The translations under genes and the position numbers were made by a program. A stretch of 64,000 nucleotides of DNA, from NCBI GenBank assembly GCA_013265495.1, contig MU058844.1, forward strand, positions 4,269,535 to 4,333,534, read 5' to 3'. The stretch comes from Vicugna vicugna. Its lineage: Eukaryota. Positions 39,203 through 52,446 of this stretch are shown here, one piece after another. Each line of letters starts with the position of its first letter. Position 1 is the stretch's first letter. Below the pieces are notes generated by a model. The model made no database searches, was not told the DNA's origin, and saw nothing but the letters and a program-made list of their open reading frames with translations.

Positions 39203-40246
39203 GATCTGACTTGCAGGAAAGAAAACTATTACAGACAGAATGTCAAGACTTCTCCCTTAAGAGTCAGAGGCCTGCACAGGCCAAACTGTACACAGCAACT
39301 AAATTTGCTAACCTGAGAGTTCCCTTCTTGTGATCCAGTGCAAAGAACAGAGGAAATGAAGGATAATGCAATCCCCCATCCATTAATATTTTAGCCCATG
39401 GATTGCATGTATTAGGCACTCGGATGAAACCTACTTCTAGCAATCATAATGGTGCTTATCCAACAGTCTTAAATGGAAAACTCACATAGTCTGGCAAAGA
39501 AAGGCAGGTGCCTGGTCTCAGTGGGATTATCTCAGGTTTCTCAAGTCACTAGGAAGGAGATATGCTCAGAAAGAAAACTCAGCTTATCTCCCAATATCTT
39601 CATCATGATAACTGAAAATCTACCACACAGGTTGGAATTTTAAGTATTTTAGACTTTGATAGACTTCTTAGATTTGACAACTCAGGTTCTTAAATGTCCA
39701 ATGTGATGAGGAGGAGGTTATAAAAAATGACCTAGTAGAAGACTTTCTTACTAACCAGTCAAGTTAAACTCCTCATGGAGAACAGCCTAAGGATTTCCTA
39801 ACCCCTGTTTCTTTAAGCGAGACTGATTTGTCCAGATTTTCACTAGTTTTGATACTCCATCTGCTTTTCTCCCAGAAAAAAGTCAAATAACGCAAGCAAA
39901 AAAAATCGAATCACCAACAAATAACAAAACTGTTAATGTCAGGGAATAAGAGATGAAAGGAGAAGGGAAATGAAAAATTGAAAAATCTATAAACCAGATA
40001 ATTCATTCCAAATCCACAATCAGTATCATTTTTTTCTAATAAACAGTCCCTTGGTTATATAGTCTTTTTTATACTCTAGTCTCTTTAAATTTTTTATTCT
40101 ACTTGCAAAATCATGATTTTTCTCTAATGTTTTTTGTTATTTTGAAAGGTTTTTCTAGAAGGTCTTATAAAAAAAGTAAATATATTTATAGTTTTCCGAA
40201 TAAATAAAAGCCCATGGTGACATATTTCCCATGTGCATGTATTTTT

Positions 40247-40981
40247 TATTGGAGATATGCTCTTTGGGGTTCTTGGACCCAGTTCCAAGGTGTGCGGGGA
40301 GTGGTTGCAGGGGAGAAGGTTCCCACACCAATAAGCAATTTTCCTCCACCAGCAGGATGTTCGAGAATTCAACTCAATTCTGATATTATCTACCTGGAGA
40401 TAGAGTGAGATTCCACAGGTTGAGAACTCAGTCCCACAAGACTGCACTCCCTCACCTCCACTTCAGACATCTATTGTCACCTGCGCTTCTGACTAACTGG
40501 CTACAGATTGGAGGTTTTCGTAACCCCCTCCTTGGACTTCAGATGTCTGTGTTAAGCCCAGGTTGTTACCCTGTACCTCTGACCCACCAGCTATAAATAA
40601 GGGGGTCCCACAAACTTCTCCTTGGGTTTGATTAATTTGCTAAAATGACCCACAGAACTCAGAGAAACATTTTACTTACTAGATTACTGGTTCATTAAAT
40701 ATACATGTGATTAAATCGTTGGCTGTTGGAGATTGATTCAAACTCCAGCCCCCCTACTCTCCCCAGGGTCTTGGGGTAGGATTAAAAGTCCCAAACCTCT
40801 AATCACAAGGTTGATTCCCCTGGCAACCAGCTCCCATCACTAGGTGCACTCCAAAAGTCAGCTCTTTAACATAAGACATCTTTATCTCTTATCACTTACA
40901 AAATCCCAAGGGTTTTAGGAGCTCTGTGCCAATGGGAGGAAGACCAAATTTATATTTCTTACTATAAATCACAAGATGACA
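40247..40981 (-). mobile_element. MER21-like solo LTR
   Basis: AATTCAACTCAATTCTGATATTATCTACCTGGAGATAG, CTCAGTCCCACAAGACTGC, GATTAATTTGCTA...CACAGAACTCAGAGAAAC, CCAAGGGTTTTAGGAGCTCTGTGCCA. Confidence 0.88.
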
Positions 40982-41989
40982 TATGCTAAAGCACATTTTG
41001 AACATGATTTGCATTGAGTGTCAAAAAAAAAAATAGGTCAGTCTCCCCAGTGTTATGTAATGTCCCAAACCAGTTAACCATGTGTTGTCCAATAAACAAA
41101 CAGAAAAGTTTATTTGAAAATAAAAAAAACAAGTAGGGCATTCTGTAGTAACTTTAACTTCCCATGCATTCCTCAGCTTCACAGTTATATATAGATCTTT
41201 TCCCAGAAAAACTTGTAGTTTAAGTGGATAAAGTTTAAAGTTATGGGAAGTGGCTTCACTGTGAGGTTTTTTCTTTTCTTTCCTCATTCATTTGAATTAA
41301 AAAGGGTTATGGATAAAATAATGCAGATCACATTTGAGTGGGAAGCTGTAATCCTCACTGATTAAGGACAGAAATAATAAGTTTTACACAGCACTTTACA
41401 ACCTAAATTATGCTTTTGCATGTGTTACCACAATCATGCTCAGAATCAGTGCCAATATTTAGTGATGATCAAGAAAAGAAAGAAATCTGCTGTATTAAAA
41501 CAAATTCCCAATCCACAAAGATTTGGGCAAAGAAGAGCTCAGAAAAACCTTCTAATGGGAAGACATAATCATAAAATGCTCCCTTTTTTCCCCTTAAGAA
41601 TGCTTTCTTGGTTTGTTTCAGTAGGACTTCTATCCGGCTCTCAAGACAGGAGGTAGACAGATTACATATAAATTCCTAAGAGTATCCTTCTGTGTCCTTA
41701 TGGCCTTCTTCATTTTGGCATGGCTAAACTGGAATAACCTTGTCAGAAGGAGTACCACAGTTAAACTCTAAAGAAAAATACAGATCTGGCATCAAAGCCA
41801 TCACATTTCACAGCACATTCCCAAATCCATACATGGTGCCAAAAGATTGAAAGCAAACAATGTAACAAAACCCAAAATGAACTTTACAGGGCTCCTGACC
41901 CAAACAACAGCCACCCACTGGCTTCTAACGTGTCAATAAACATTTGCAAGAGTCTCTGCTGTTATTCTCCCCTATTCAGCCACTTGTCT

Positions 41990-42430
41990 CCTTAAGATTT
42001 TCTGATTTGGCCTGTACCTCTATCTCCGGTCTTATCCTGAGGAATGCTTCTCACTCTGTTTTGGTGCCATGGGTCATCTTGCGCCAAGGTTCTGAAAAGG
42101 ATCATTTGAGATGGTCTTCCCTCTCTTCGCATCACATTCTGGTCTAATTCATCCCCACTCATCCTTTAGCTATGAGCCCAAATGCCCAATCCCTTAGGGA
42201 GAACCTTCTTTATACTCCCAACCCCCAGCCTAAGCCTATCTCTTCTGTACAACTCTCATAAGCCAGACACATTTTCACCTTAAAAGCTCTAATTATATGT
42301 TTACTGGTGGACTATTTAATGAATTTTCCTTCACTAAACTGTATGATCCATGAAGAGAATGATGTTTATTTTCACATGACTATATCTATAAAACCTAGCG
42401 AGTATATGTTAAGTGAATGAATAGGTAGAT
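41990..42430 (+). mobile_element. L2 3' region
   Basis: TGATTTGGCCTGTACCTCTATCTCC, CCTTCACTAAACTGTATGATCCATGAAG, ending GTTAAGTGAATGAAT. Confidence 0.65.
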
Positions 42431-42544
42431 GGTTGGAAGGATGGAGAGATGAATGGATGGATAAATAGAAGAGGCTGAATGCTTTCTCCTAGTAGATACA
42501 TTCTCTAATCCCAACTATATGAGGGTATAATGATACCATAGAAT

Positions 42545-42815
42545 TAATTACCCGATAGAAATGTGAGCCAAGTAGGTCATTTTAAACTTTCTCATAGCAC
42601 ATTTAAAAAAAAAAGAGAAGGAAGTACAATTTTAATATTGTATTTAATTAAAAATGTACACAAAATATTATAATTTCATCATGCAATCAATATAAAATAA
42701 TAAAAATTTTACTTAAAAAATAATAAATCCTCAAAATCCTATGTATATTTCATAATTCCAGCACATCTCAATTTGGACCAGCAGCATTTCAGGTTCTCAA
42801 AAGTCATATGATCTC
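42545..42815. mobile_element. MER33/MER3-like hAT-Charlie MITE
   Basis: ATAGAAATGTGAGCCA...TTTTAAACTTTCTCATAGCACATTTAAAAA...CAGCACATCTCAATTTGGACCAGCAGCATTTCAGGTTCTCAA. Confidence 0.75.
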
Positions 42816-42978
42816 GCAAAGTCTACAAAGTCAGTGAAGCAGGTCTGGCAGAATTTTGTGTGTGTGAGTAAAGATCATGGAGGGAAAGGCAGAGTTCATT
42901 TGAGGCAAGAGAGCTGAGAAGACGCTGGTTCAAAATAAATGATTTGTGTGAGAGAGAAGGAAGTATTTTGAGAATAGG

Positions 42979-43344
42979 TGGTTTTAGTCTGTTCTGGCTG
43001 CTGTAACAGAAATATTACAGACTGGGTGGCTTATAAACAACAGAAATATATTTCTTACAGTTCTAGAGGCTGGGATGCTCAAGATCAAGGCTCCAGTAGG
43101 TCCGGGGTCTGGTAAGAGTCCACCTCCTGGTTCATAGATGGCATCTTCTCGCTAGAACCTCCCACGGCAGAAGGAGCAAGGGATCTCTCTGGGGTCTCTT
43201 TTATTAGAGCACTAATCCCATTTATGAAGGCTCTACCCTCATGACCTAAGTACCTCCGAAAGCCCCACATTCTAATACCACCACATTAGGCTTTATATTT
43301 CAATATATGAATTTGGGTGGCATACAAATATTTTTTCTACAGCA
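42979..43344 (-). mobile_element. MLT1A-like MaLR solo LTR
   Basis: TTAGTCTGTTCTGGCTGCTGTAACAGAAATATTACAGACTGGGTGGCTTATAAACAACAGAAAT...CCCTCATGACCTAA...ATGAATTTGGG. Confidence 0.9.
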
Positions 43345-43803
43345 AGATGACTATTGCTGCTTACTGTATTGTCTGGCCTTGATCTTCCCATCTTTTCCTA
43401 TAAAGCTCTTGGGATGGGAAGTTCTCACACAAAATAAAATCATTTCTCACTAAAATCTCCTCAAGATAATGAAAACAGGAAACAGTTGAGAGAGGGCCAC
43501 CTGAGTAGGGTTAGAGAAGGGGACCAGTGGGAGGTGGGCAGTAGTGATAGCACAGACTAGGAGCAGAAGGGAAGGAGGAAGATAGGGTGGCACCTTTATG
43601 ATGGCCCAGAAGACCGTGTCCCTGAGCTCATGCAAGCCTCCCTACAGACATTCTAAATCAGCTGAGAGGAATCTGACCATAGCTAGAGAGCCCTAAATTT
43701 TCTTGCTGCAATCTGAGTTAGGCATACTGTATGTCAATATTATTTTCCCACTAAGATAATGTGCTACATGAAACGTGTGGTGTAGAGAAAATTCATCTAT
43801 TTT

Positions 43804-44759
43804 AAAACCAACCCAATCAAAAAAAAAAATGGGCAGGAGTCCTAAACAGACATTTCTCCAATGAAGACATACAGATGGCTAATAGGTACATGAAAAGAGG
43901 CTCAATATTGCTAGCCATTAGAGAAATGCGAATCAAAACTACAATGAGGTGTGACCTCACACCAGTCAGAATGGCCATCATTAAGAAGTCCACAAACAAT
44001 AAATGCTGGAGAGGGTGTGGAGAAAAGGGAACCCTTTTGGTCGAAATGCAATTTGGTGCAGTCATTATGGAGAACAGTATGGAGGTTCCTTAAAAAGCTA
44101 AAAATAGAGTTACCATATGATACAGCAATCCTACTCCTGGGCATATATTCAGATGGAACTCTAATTAGAAAAGATACATGCACCCCAATGTTCATAGCAG
44201 CAGTATTTACAATAGTCAAGACATGAAAAAATCCAAATGCCCATTGACAGATTACTGGATAAATAAGTTGTGGTATATTTATACAATGGAATACTACTCA
44301 GCCATAAAAAATAATAAAATAATGCCATTTGCAGCAACATGGATGGACCTGGAGATTGTCATTCTAAGTGAAGTAAGCCAGAAAGAGAAAGAAAAATACC
44401 ATATGATAATCACTTATATGTGGAATTAAAAAAAAAAGACAAATGAACTTATTTACAAAACAGAAACAGATTCACAGACATAGAAAACAAACTTATGGTT
44501 ACTGGGGGGGCAAGGGGATAGAAAGGGATAAATTGGGAGTTCGAGATTTGCAGTTATCAACTACTATATATAAAATAGATAAACAAGTTTATACTGTATA
44601 GCACAAGGAACTATATTCAGTATCTTGTAGTAACCTATAATAAAAAAGAATATGAAAACAAATACATATATATGTATATGTGTGACTCAACTATTATGCA
44701 GTATACCAGAAAGTGACGTAACACTGTAAAATGACTATACTTCAATTAAAAAAATAAAA
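43804..44759 (+). mobile_element. relatively young 5'-truncated camelid-type L1 (ORF2 Cys-rich C-terminus + 3' UTR)
   Basis: ORFs read [49 protein letters not shown] and MPFAATWMDLEIVILSEVSQKEKEKY; A-rich tail; possible short TSD (T)AAAACC at both ends. Confidence 0.95.
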
Positions 44760-45399
44760 CCTGGACATGGATGCTTATAGGCACTTCATTCATTAATTGT
44801 TAAAACTTAGAAGCAACTAAGACGCCATTGAGTAGGTAAATGGATAAACTGTGGTACATCCAGACAATGGAATATTACTCAGTGCTAAAGAGAAATGATT
44901 TATCAAGCTAGGAAAAGACATGGAGGAAACTTAAATGTGTATTACTAGGTGAAAGAAGCCAATCTGAAAAGGCTATGTAATTACAACTATATGATATTCA
45001 GGGAAAGGCAAAACTACGGACAGCAAAAAACAGATCAGTGGTTTCCAGGGAGGGGGAGAGGTGAACAGGTGGAGCACAAAAGAATTTTAGGTCAGTGAAA
45101 ATACTCTGTATGATACTGTAATGGTGGATGTATGTCATTATTCATTTGTCCAAACCCATAGAATATACAACACCAAGCATAAACCCTACTGTAAACTAGA
45201 GACTACGGATGATAATGGTGTGTCAATGTAGGTTCATCAGCTGTAGCAAATGCACCACTTGGTGAGGTATGTTGATAACGGAAAGACTATGTATGTGTGG
45301 TGGCAGGGACTATAGGAGAAACCTCTGTATCTTCCTCTCAATTTTGCTGTGAACCTAAAACTGCTCTGAAAAAAATAAAGTCTTTCCCGAAAAAAAAAA
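44760..45399 (+). mobile_element. older L1 3' end (L1MC1-like)
   Basis: GGAAAAGACATGGAGGAAACTTAAATG, GTGAAAGAAGCCAATCTGAAAAGGCT, TTTGTCCAAACCCATAGAAT, GCTGTGAACCTAAAACTGCTCT; homologous to 56401-57400. Confidence 0.9.
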
Positions 45400-47484
45400 G
45401 TCTTGCAGATTCAATGAGACAATTGATATAAAGCAAAATGTCTATACAGAGTAGGCAGTATAAATATTAGTCCCTTCTTAGTCTTCAGAGGGCCCACTAA
45501 ATAGAAGAATTTGTGCATTCTTAAGTTTTCCTCATGCTCTCTAACTCAGGGGAAAATGACATCTATTTTAATTTCACTCCAACTATCTTCAAGCATTAAT
45601 TGAGGTATAATAGCAGCTAGGACTGCTAGGATAAATCTAAACCAAACAACTCAAGTATGTGATGTAAATTCCAATACAATAATGACTTGCATCTACTTGA
45701 AAAGAACATGTTCTAGTTGCTGGGATAAAAACATTTGTATATTCAGATATCCTGATGTTGTATTATGTTTTTTCAGTGACTCTAGAAAAACCTCTTTTTG
45801 TCTTCTATGTCTTTTAAAAGTCTTTTTACACATATGAGCAAACTCGTAATTTTCTTCCTGAGAAAAGAATGAGATAAGGATAGAGGGAAGAAAAGCACAA
45901 GGAAAGAAGAGGAGAAGAAAACTGATGTTTATTGAGTGTCTTTTATGTAATAGGCACTGCATTTGAAGTGAAGCATTTGAGCAGCAATGATTATATAAAA
46001 ATCAAATATATGTAACATCAAGGATATTAGTTTGTATCTGCTCTCAGGAGTTAAAAAAAAGACAGAAATGGCTCAAAACCCTTAAAACAAGCAAACTCTT
46101 CTAGTTCTAAATATTTAAAGAAATATTTTTACCCTTATTCCCAAGGGTCTGTTATTTTTAACTTTCCCATACTAGCAGTCTTTAAAAAAAGATTTCTCTT
46201 TATTGGTATTAAACACTTCTGAAATAAATGTTAAAACTATTGCCCATGAGGTAGTTAAGCAGAAAGGAGAAAATCTCATTCATCTTAAACCACAGAATAA
46301 ACTTTTCAGCTCACATCTACCTACTTCTATCACCAAAAACTCAAGACAAAAACCTCATGTCATGGTTTTTATTTCAGCAGGATATTTTTCTCAAGAAAAA
46401 TTTTGGAATCCCTTGGCTGGACTTTTTGTCCAAGACTGGGTGTCCATGAGAATTAATTCCTAATGTCCTAAGATTTCCATCAAGTGCAATAAACCAGCTC
46501 ATCTTTTATGCATTTAGGATTGCACTAATTATGTACTGCACATGTGAGAGTTGAAAATAGGGACTCTCATCTGGTATTCAATTCTCTTAAAGAACACAAG
46601 TTGAGAAAGGCTGTTAGATATTTTCCTAATAAAATTATGCTTTTCAAAACCATGCTGACAATAAATAAAATAGGAGATAAATGTAGTAAAAGTCAATATA
46701 GAGTTCATATAAACTGATGAAGTAGAAATCTAAAACATTTACTGTACAATTGGAAGCACTTTTTTCTAGCAAAAGGCACTGATCCATAGGAGAAAACAAA
46801 ATACTAATTTAAAAATTGCTGAGAAAGCAATTTCAATGGCTTTTAGAAAAAACACAAGAATATATCATTATATTACTGGATTTTTTCTTTCTTAAAGCAA
46901 TCCTCAATAATAGTGAAACCAAATAATACATAAGAAGCAAATAATGAATAAGAACACAGCAAACACCAGTTTCAGTATAACGGTGACTGAAGAGAGAAAA
47001 AAAAGAGAAAACAGAAAAAAAACTCAACAAATTCCTATGTATCTGAGCTCCAATTCACACCTACTCTCCATACTATTAGGCAAAATTGTCACCCACCTAA
47101 GCACAAAGTTCATAAAAGGGTAGCCTAACCCTCTATTGAGGGTAATATTCCATTCACACTTTCATTTCCAAGAGTCATCTCTTAGAAACCTTATTCTGGT
47201 AACCTGCTACACTTGACACAGCATAAGATCAACGCTCAAGTTCTACCTACATCCATTATTAAAGAAAAAACAATCAGCAATTTACTGAAAATAAATAATT
47301 GGGAAGAGAGCATTGTAGTCACTGGTAGCTCTGTGAATAAGGGCATGACACCGTAAGAGTGCAAAAATATAGTTCAGTGAAATTAAATACAGAGGTAGTT
47401 TTGCTGGGTGAGGACAAAGAACCAAATATTTGTTGAGTAGATGAAGAGAATGTGAATATCTTGCCTTGAGCACAATTATGGGTA

Positions 47485-47961
47485 TATGGTAGGCAGACTG
47501 ATAGTTTTCTTTCCAAATCTATTCTCTCCTCTTTCATTGGCAGATGACCAGCCAGCTAGCTAAGCTGAATTTCTCAGCTCCCCATGCACCTAGGTGTGGC
47601 ACATAACTAAGTTCTCACTAATGGAATGTAGGTGGACGTAATGTGTGTAATATCGGCATCACTTTATTAGAAGGAAACTGCTAGACTGGATTTACTAACT
47701 TTGTCCTCACACATTTCTAGTGGTCTCAAATGTGAACATGGTGCCAAGTCACCCTTTGACCGTGCAGTTGAGGACATGCCTTAGAGGATGAGAGTTAAGA
47801 AGATGAAAGAAAACTCAGTGCTCGAGCAATCTTGTAAAAGTAGCTGCCCTACCTACCTGTGCCTGTTGGATTGTTACAAAAGAGAAATAATCTCTTTCAT
47901 TAAGCCACTGAACTTTGGGGTATCTTTGTTACAGCATCTTAGCTTTTACTCTGACTTTAAA
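47485..47961 (+). mobile_element. MLT1-type MaLR LTR
   Basis: TATGGTAGGCAGAC...CTAGGTGTGGCACATAACTAAGTTCT...TTAAGCCACTG...CTTTGTTACAGCA. Confidence 0.8.
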
Positions 47962-48109
47962 GGCAATGGGAGTCTACCAAGAACTTAAGCAAAGTAAAGA
48001 ACATGATCACATATGTTTTAGAAGAGTAATCTGAGTAACCACAGGGAGGGTGACTTAGAGGGCATAAAGCCTAAAACTACGGAACCACTTAGGAAAACCA
48101 CCCCTGATG

Positions 48110-48340
48110 ATTCCATCTCCTAAATATTTCAGAACCTGTAAATTCTGTTGCTACTTCCACTATGCAACTTCCTCATCATCAATTACCTAGAAGATCTCAA
48201 TCACCTTCTGGTTCTTTTCTCCTTGTATTCTTGTCCCCCTCAGATCTGTCTTTAACACAGCTGCAGATTTTTATCTAAAATATAATATGATCATCTTTTT
48301 CTGATTAAAATTCCTAGTTCCTACAGTTTTATCACCTATA
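48110..48340 (+). mobile_element. L2 fragment
   Basis: CCATCTCCTAAATATTTC...CATCATC...ACACAGCTGCAG...CTAAAATATAATATGATCAT. Confidence 0.55.
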
Positions 48341-48341
48341 A

Positions 48342-49600
48342 AAGTGGTTTTCAAATGTTTTTTTGTTTATTTACCTCCTTGAAGAATTTTGAAGAGCTTT
48401 GTAAACCTTATTCATTTAAAAGCTTGCCTCTAAAAATTTTTTATCGTTTGAACGGTTGCAAGGATATAATTTCCAAAATATTGCAAGTACTGATGCTAAT
48501 TAAAACTGACATCAGTCATTAAAAAATATCAATAGAATCTAAACAGCATAGTGATTTTAAATCAAGATTCATCTATGAAAAATTCATAAACAAACCTTTG
48601 AGTAAGAAATTTTACATAATTATTTTTGCTATTTAAACTCTCCTATTTGATTTCTGCATGAAATTTTAGCCTTATAAAAATATATTTTTATCTCAAGAGC
48701 TTTTTGATTATCTCAAGGTTCTCCTTTGCAACAAAAAAATTATATGAGTTTATGTTTTTTATTCCTATGATCAAAAGGCCTGTGTTAAAATTTCTTCAGG
48801 ATTTAGTTACTGTAAACAGTTGGTCAAAGATAAATTTTTCTAATTTTAAAACATACAGTAAACGTTAATGAATGTATTTATGAGACAGATAAAGTTGTTT
48901 ATCAATTATATGCTTGATGGTAATATTCAACTTATTGTTAGTATTAGATACAATTCAAATCTAGTTATATTTTTCATTTTTATTGATACACACCCTGAGA
49001 AACATTGCTCACAAGAATAAGAATGGAAGAAATCTTGAAGTAATTTCACTCAATTATTTGAAATACTTCCAAATAACATGCAAAAGTCACACGCCAATAT
49101 ATTATCAAAAATAAAAAGTAACATTTGACAATTCACTTATTTCTGTATTAATTTCATTGAAAGACAAAAATTTAAACCATTTGACATTCAACAGGATTTT
49201 TTTTATCCAGTTATTAGAATTACTCTATTTCTTGGTTTTGGGAAAGTCTACCAAAAAGACTTTACCAAAACTTTTCAAATAACTATTAATTACCCATCAT
49301 GCTTTCACTAAAAGGCAACTTGCTTAACTTAGTATACACAGAAACAGTAGTATAAATCTAAGTATTACTAATATAAATATATATTTGCCAAAACTACATG
49401 ATTTAATCACAATTTTACGTTTGATTTTTGTCAAAACATTGTAACTATAGATCTAGCTTACTGAAAATGTTTATCATATAAATTGGTAAAACCAATTCTA
49501 ATGGTCAAGGTACTCAACCAATTCAGACCTACTTTTTCCAGAAAATATCTGACTTCGTTTTCCAATACAGTGAGTGATTTAATATGACTCCTTACAACCC
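48342..49600 (-). mobile_element. hAT (Charlie/Buster-type) DNA transposon remnant with degraded transposase C-terminal half
   Basis: TIR-like AAGTGGTTTTCAAA at 48342; minus strand ~49035-48955 translates FLPF / YSCEQCFSGCVSIKMKNITRF (hAT dimerisation motif of the LPF.STYLCE..FS...IK.K.RNRL type); upstream NWIKKNP and LENEVRYFLEK motifs. Confidence 0.75.
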
Positions 49601-49654
49601 TACCTACTCATTTTACTACCTACATAATTTTGCTTCCATATTGACCCATTATTC

Positions 49655-50170
49655 TCCTCATTATGGGCCATAATTTCCTTTCTCTGCAGGTCTTAATTTC
49701 CTATAGGATTCAAGAATATTATGTTATTTTGTTTTGGCAATTGCTTTGTTCTGGCAATTGCTTTGTTTTTGTTTTTGTTTTGTTCTGGGACACAATTAAG
49801 TTACTTTGAAATATCTGATCCTTTTAGGACATGCTTTTAAGCTTTGTTAGGTATTTCCAAACAGTCTGTAGTCAAGGGCTGATTTGGCCTCACTACTGAG
49901 GCAATACTTTTCTGAAGACTCTATTCAAACATCCTGTGTGTTAGGAGGCTCTGTGTGGGTGCCCCCTACTTGCCCTATGACCTGGAAATTCAATCCAATA
50001 ACATGGGGTAACTCCACGGCTCTGTTTCGTCTTCTTAAGGAATCACTGTCCTGAACTGTCTGTTGTCCAATGTATGAAAACTACTGTTACATATATTTTG
50101 TCTTTTTTCTAGTTTAAGGAGGGATGGTGTCTTCTTCCTGTTACCCTATTATGATCAAACATGGAAGTAT
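49655..50170 (-). mobile_element. old L1M 5' region fragment
   Basis: GTTCTGGGACACAATTAAGTTACTTTGAAA, GCTTTTAAGCTTTGTTAGG, ACTACTGAGGCAATACTTTTCTGA, TGTTGTCCAATGTATGAAAAC. Confidence 0.7.
49735..49768 (+). repeat. 17-bp tandem duplication TGGCAATTGCTTTGTT(C/T)
   Basis: Read directly; adjoins a (GTTTT)n tract. Confidence 0.85.
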
Positions 50171-50427
50171 CACTTTCCCACACCTGAATATTTCTTAATT
50201 CAGGAAATTCCAACATAAACCAAAACACTCTGTTCCTAACTTCATATACCCTCCTTAGCAAAAATGTATATAAGACAGAAAAGACATAAGACATCACCAT
50301 GGGTTAGTATTATTAGCATTACAAAGCTTTATGCTGTTATGCTTTTCAGTACTTCAAATTTTCTTCTTTTTGGCATCCTGAAGATTTTATTTTTGGTGAG
50401 GATGCACCACATAAATATTTTGGAGGA

Positions 50428-50990
50428 TGTTGGTTCATTCAGGGCCCAGTCAAGAGAAAGAAACCACTCAGTAATTTGAGCACGTATGATATGAGAAAAA
50501 AAGATTAAGTCTGCTTTCAGATAATTAGCTATTAAAAAGAAATGAAAGAGAATGTTAAAGAAGACTGTAGGACTCAGGGAGAGTCCTGAAAGAAGGAATT
50601 CAAGTTAAAAAGGCGCTCCTTTCTCAAAGCTGGAATTCAGACCTCTTGGGAGAAGGTGCGGTTGCAGCCTACTAGATGGTGGTGAAGTTAGCAGGGTTAA
50701 CGTGGGTCAGAGTTGGTTCAAGGCTGTCAGACAGCAAAATATAAGCTAAGGCTGGCACACCTGAAGGTGAGCACCACTGTGTGTCCTGCAGGCTGCTGAC
50801 TGCCACACACTGCAGGAGTCAGCTGAGAGTGCATGGACGTGAGTCCAGAGGAGAAGCCCCTTCCTCCCTGAGTTTTACTCCATGCCCCTCTACTGGCAAA
50901 GGAGAAACTCTTATAAGATTGAGTTCCAGGATCACAAGCAGAGTAATAAAGGTTGAATTTGGAATTAAGAAGCAATAATCTGGCGACTGA
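50428..50990 (-). mobile_element. ancient LTR (LTR78/79-like)
   Basis: TCAGGGCCCAGTCAAGAGAAAGAAACCACTCAGTAATTTGA start; GAAGCCCCTTCCTCCC...CCCCTCTACTGGCAAAG...GAATTTGGAATTAAGAAGCAATA end. Confidence 0.55.
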
Positions 50991-51949
50991 TCCATGACTT
51001 CCCCTCCCTTCCTCCTTCTCTCCCTCTCTCTCTTTCCCAATGGGATAAGTGTGAGTATGAAAGGAGGCAGGAAAAAGAACCAACATGAATGGTTTGACTA
51101 CAAATCCTTCTCGGGGGCTGATCAATTTTAGTAAATATGAAAATTGAAGGTAAAATTAATTTAAAACAAAATGTGTCTGGGTACATCCACAGAAAGTGTT
51201 CGTGCATCTTCAGGATAAAATTCCTCAATGATTTACCTAATGTCTATCTCTCCACATTCATTTTCCCCTGCTGCAGCAATATCAAACATCTTTCAGTCTT
51301 TTTGCATAAATTCTGTTGTTTCTCATCACTGTACCTTTAATTATAGTGCTTTTTATGCATAGAACTCCCTTTCTACTCCATATCAATTCAAGTGTTACTT
51401 TAACTAGAACACTCTTCCCTGGCTTAGTTAACTGGGGTGAATTAAATGTTACTCCTCTGTGCTTCCATAATATTATCTATCTCCATCAGCACTTCTCAAT
51501 TGTCATTTTTACTACATTATTTTACTGTTAATTACATGGACTGTGATTATTAATATGTTTATGTCTATATCTAACAAAAATATGGTTTTATCTCATAAGT
51601 AAATAAATGAATAAATGAGACAACTATAGTTGTCCAGTAAAGATTTTACAGGACCTTGAATAAGAGCACTATAAAAGAGCTGTATCCAGAGACATAAAAT
51701 ACATATTCAACAAGATTTGGTGATAAATTAGATAGGGAGGTATGAAAGAGAAGGAATGCAGAAATGCTTACATCCTTTCTAATGTTTTAGTTTGGGTAAA
51801 TAGATAGGGAAAATATTGTTAGAGCTAGCAAATCCAAGAGAAAGGGCAGACCTGGACCTGGAGAAGAGCAAAGTACATTGGCTATATATTGCTGGGTTAA
51901 AAAAAAAAAAAAAGAAGTCAACAAACAAACCAACTATTCCCTTAAAATA

Positions 51950-52100
51950 ACAGTGGCAAACTTTAAAGAACCAGAAAGTAAGTATTTTGACTCTGGGTCA
52001 TACAGTCCATGTCACAACTATTCAACTCTGCTATTGTAGCACAAAAACAACAAATAAAACAAGCAGTGGGCTGGATTTAGCCACAGGCTGGCTGTACTCT
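51950..52100. mobile_element. MER58-like hAT MITE (internally deleted)
   Basis: GGCAAACTTT...GTAAGTATTTT...TGTCACAACTATTCAACTCTGCTATTGTAGCACAAAAAC...GTGGGCTGGATTTAGCCACAGGC. Confidence 0.75.
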
Positions 52101-52114
52101 GCTATGTAGCTGTA

Positions 52115-52446
52115 GTCATTCTATCAGCTCACTGGGGTGGACAGTACAAAATGGTTTCACTCACATGACTGAAGTTGATTCTGCCTTCTCTTTTCAGCAC
52201 CTTATATTCCCCAACATGTCTTTGCATTTACCAAAAGGCTAGACCATTTTTATTTTTGTTTTTAACAAAATAATGTTCCAAGAGAGTGAAAATGTTAATT
52301 GTTGTGCCCCTTAAGGCCCAGTGTCACAGCTGCACAACGTAATTTCCACCACATTTTATTGGTTAACACGAATCTCAAGGACAGCGCAGATTCAAGGGAT
52401 AGGGAAATAGAGGAAATATTATGGCCATTATTTTCAATCTACCACA
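52115..52446 (-). mobile_element. MLT1-type LTR
   Basis: CAAAATGGTTTCACTCACATG...TTCCACCACATTTTATTGGT...CAGATTCAAGGG...TTTTCAATCTACCACA. Confidence 0.75.

Noticed and set aside
43817..44429. Overlapping ORFs on both strands with a Cys-rich peptide
   Set aside because: L1 ORF2 C-terminus in shifted frames and its antisense readouts.
50727..51125. Longest ORF in the window (132 aa)
   Set aside because: Lies mostly over an ancient LTR and a low-complexity tract; no recognisable domain; non-ATG start.
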